A DNA stretch of 54,506 nucleotides from an uncultured virus (IMG/VR IMGVR_UViG_3300042344_000419) (lineage: Duplodnaviria; Heunggongvirae; Uroviricota; Caudoviricetes), in IMG/VR virus record IMGVR_UViG_3300042344_000419. The stretch is one strand, 5' to 3'. The notes beneath the pieces are model-generated. The model did no database searches. It saw only the letters and a list, made by a program, of their open reading frames with translations, and had not been told where the DNA came from. This document shows positions 53,391 through 54,506 of the stretch, piece after piece. The translations under genes and the position numbers were made by a program. Each line of letters starts with the position of its first letter. Position 1 is the first letter of the stretch.

Positions 53391-54389
53391 ATGCCCAGCA
53401 ATCAAGAGTTTTTCGATGCAATCAAAAATATATCGGTAGATGCCGATACGCTTAATCTCAATACCGATCAGGTCGAGAGTAAGCTCGACACGGCTAATGG
53501 TTTGCTAACTACGCTTTCTGCGGATACTGCAATTATTAAGACTGACATGTCTAACGGGGTGTCGATAAGTGGAGCAATCGGAGCATTTAACAACTCTTTA
53601 GTTAACGCAGGAACTATATTTAGTTATGGCGGTGCTGGTAATTACGGATTGTTTGATGCGGGAACTGATGCTGACTATGTCGAGTTTAGGGTAAATGGTG
53701 GAGGCGGAGGTTTTACTCACAACATTGCTCTTTCTGTTTCCAACTCTCCTTTTTCAACTGGTGCTGGTACTAGCAATGGCTCAGTAACGGTATTTAATGA
53801 CAAATATCCATCTTCTCAGGGCGACCCAACGGCCTATCGATTTATAAATTCACCTCTTACCAGTGGCTCGGCAGGCAACTATGTCTTTAGTTTGTGGTCT
53901 GGAAGTACCAAGTATAGATATGTAAGATTAGATGTAACGGGTGGTGGTGGAGGTGGCTGGTCTGGAGTATTCAATTCATACAGAAACTTAGGTCTTAATG
54001 CTACAATTGGTGGAGATAACAGGATACTTAATAGAGTGCCAATCGCAGGGGTTGTCGATATAAACAGTTGTACAAGTTCACTCCCATGTACAGTCAGCGG
54101 AACCGTAAATACATATCCGCTACAAGGCTCATCTGTATCTAACACAAACTTTTCAAGCATCACATCCGCTGAACTCGCTCCAGCGTCTGTCAATAGGAAA
54201 TCCCTAACCGTGTACAATGAGGGGACTGGAACACTCTTTATAAATGTTGGTGCAAGTTGTAGCACCACATCGTATCAGGTGCGGTTACTGGCGGGAGATT
54301 ATTGGGAAGCCCCAGCGGGTCAACAATCCCTTCAGCATAGCGGAATCTTTAGTAGCTCAGGTACGGCAAGGATAACTGCAATTAGTTAG
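53391..54389 (+). CDS. Virion surface/fibre-like protein
   Basis: N-terminal coil, G/S/N-rich beta region, and a C-terminal RKSLTVYNEG...GTARIT domain homologous to 9469-11004. Confidence 0.6.
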   Translation: MPSNQEFFDAIKNISVDADTLNLNTDQVESKLDTANGLLTTLSADTAIIKTDMSNGVSISGAIGAFNNSLVNAGTIFSYGGAGNYGLFDAGTDADYVEFRVNGGGGGFTHNIALSVSNSPFSTGAGTSNGSVTVFNDKYPSSQGDPTAYRFINSPLTSGSAGNYVFSLWSGSTKYRYVRLDVTGGGGGGWSGVFNSYRNLGLNATIGGDNRILNRVPIAGVVDINSCTSSLPCTVSGTVNTYPLQGSSVSNTNFSSITSAELAPASVNRKSLTVYNEGTGTLFINVGASCSTTSYQVRLLAGDYWEAPAGQQSLQHSGIFSSSGTARITAIS

Positions 54390-54506
54390 GGAGTAGGCGA
54401 TGCCTCTTTATCAAAAAGTCCCTGCGGAACCAGTTGCCGTACAGATGGCAGCGTTGATACGGCCTTCTATTAGTGGAACATCTTTTACTGCGCCCTATAC
54501 TACCAA
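54380..54506 (+). repeat. 127-bp exact direct repeat, copy 2 (window end; contains the 5' part of the 11015 gene)
   Basis: Identical to 10995-11121. Confidence 0.97.

Larger units (their letters stand above)
10995..54379. mobile_element. Apparently complete circular(ised) temperate podovirus-like genome (phage B), 43,385 bp
   Basis: Bounded by the exact 127-bp direct repeat. Gene order is continuous across the join (TerS-TerL-portal-...-lysis-scaffold-MCP-tail). Confidence 0.85.

Noticed and set aside
54380..54506. 127-bp repeat as a biological terminal repeat or att duplication
   Set aside because: It starts in the last codons of a structural gene, stops at the window edge, is far from both integrases, and its length equals a common assembly k-mer.
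1..54506. CRISPR array, rRNA, complete tRNA, reverse transcriptase/DGR, IS element
   Set aside because: No regularly spaced repeats, cloverleaf, RT motif or transposase were seen by eye; tRNAscan and Infernal were not run.
1..54506. Stop-codon reassignment
   Set aside because: Long genes are intact in the standard code, and TAA, TAG and TGA all terminate genes.

Overview
The window is bacteriophage DNA that appears to come from two different temperate, podovirus-like phages joined end to end. The last 127 bases (54380-54506) are an exact copy of 10995-11121, so 10995-54379 closes into a 43,385-bp circle (phage B). That circle looks complete: TerS, TerL, portal, lysis cassette, scaffold, major capsid, tail and ejection proteins including a 2701-aa multi-domain protein, tyrosine integrase, an RHH/HTH switch, recombination genes, DnaB, and a minus-strand early operon with a MoxR-type AAA ATPase and a VWA-metallopeptidase. 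Bases 1-10994 (phage A, partial) carry their own SF2 helicase, RuvC-like resolvase, two RHH proteins, integrase, TerL, portal and scaffold, and join B at a homologous structural-gene module. By-eye reading supports two origins: A contains many CCGG, CGCG and CCWGG sites and B none that I could find, and each part has its own repeated palindrome (A: TTGAC-N8-GTCAA; B: CTG-N5-CAG). The most interesting signals are an operator plus leaderless-promoter array across B, a repeated covarying RNA hairpin before B's early genes, STRG linker repeats that cut the giant virion protein into cassettes, and inverted repeats around the repressor-integrase cassette. A diderm host, possibly Verrucomicrobiota, is an inference only. 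All family calls come from motif recognition; no database searches were run.
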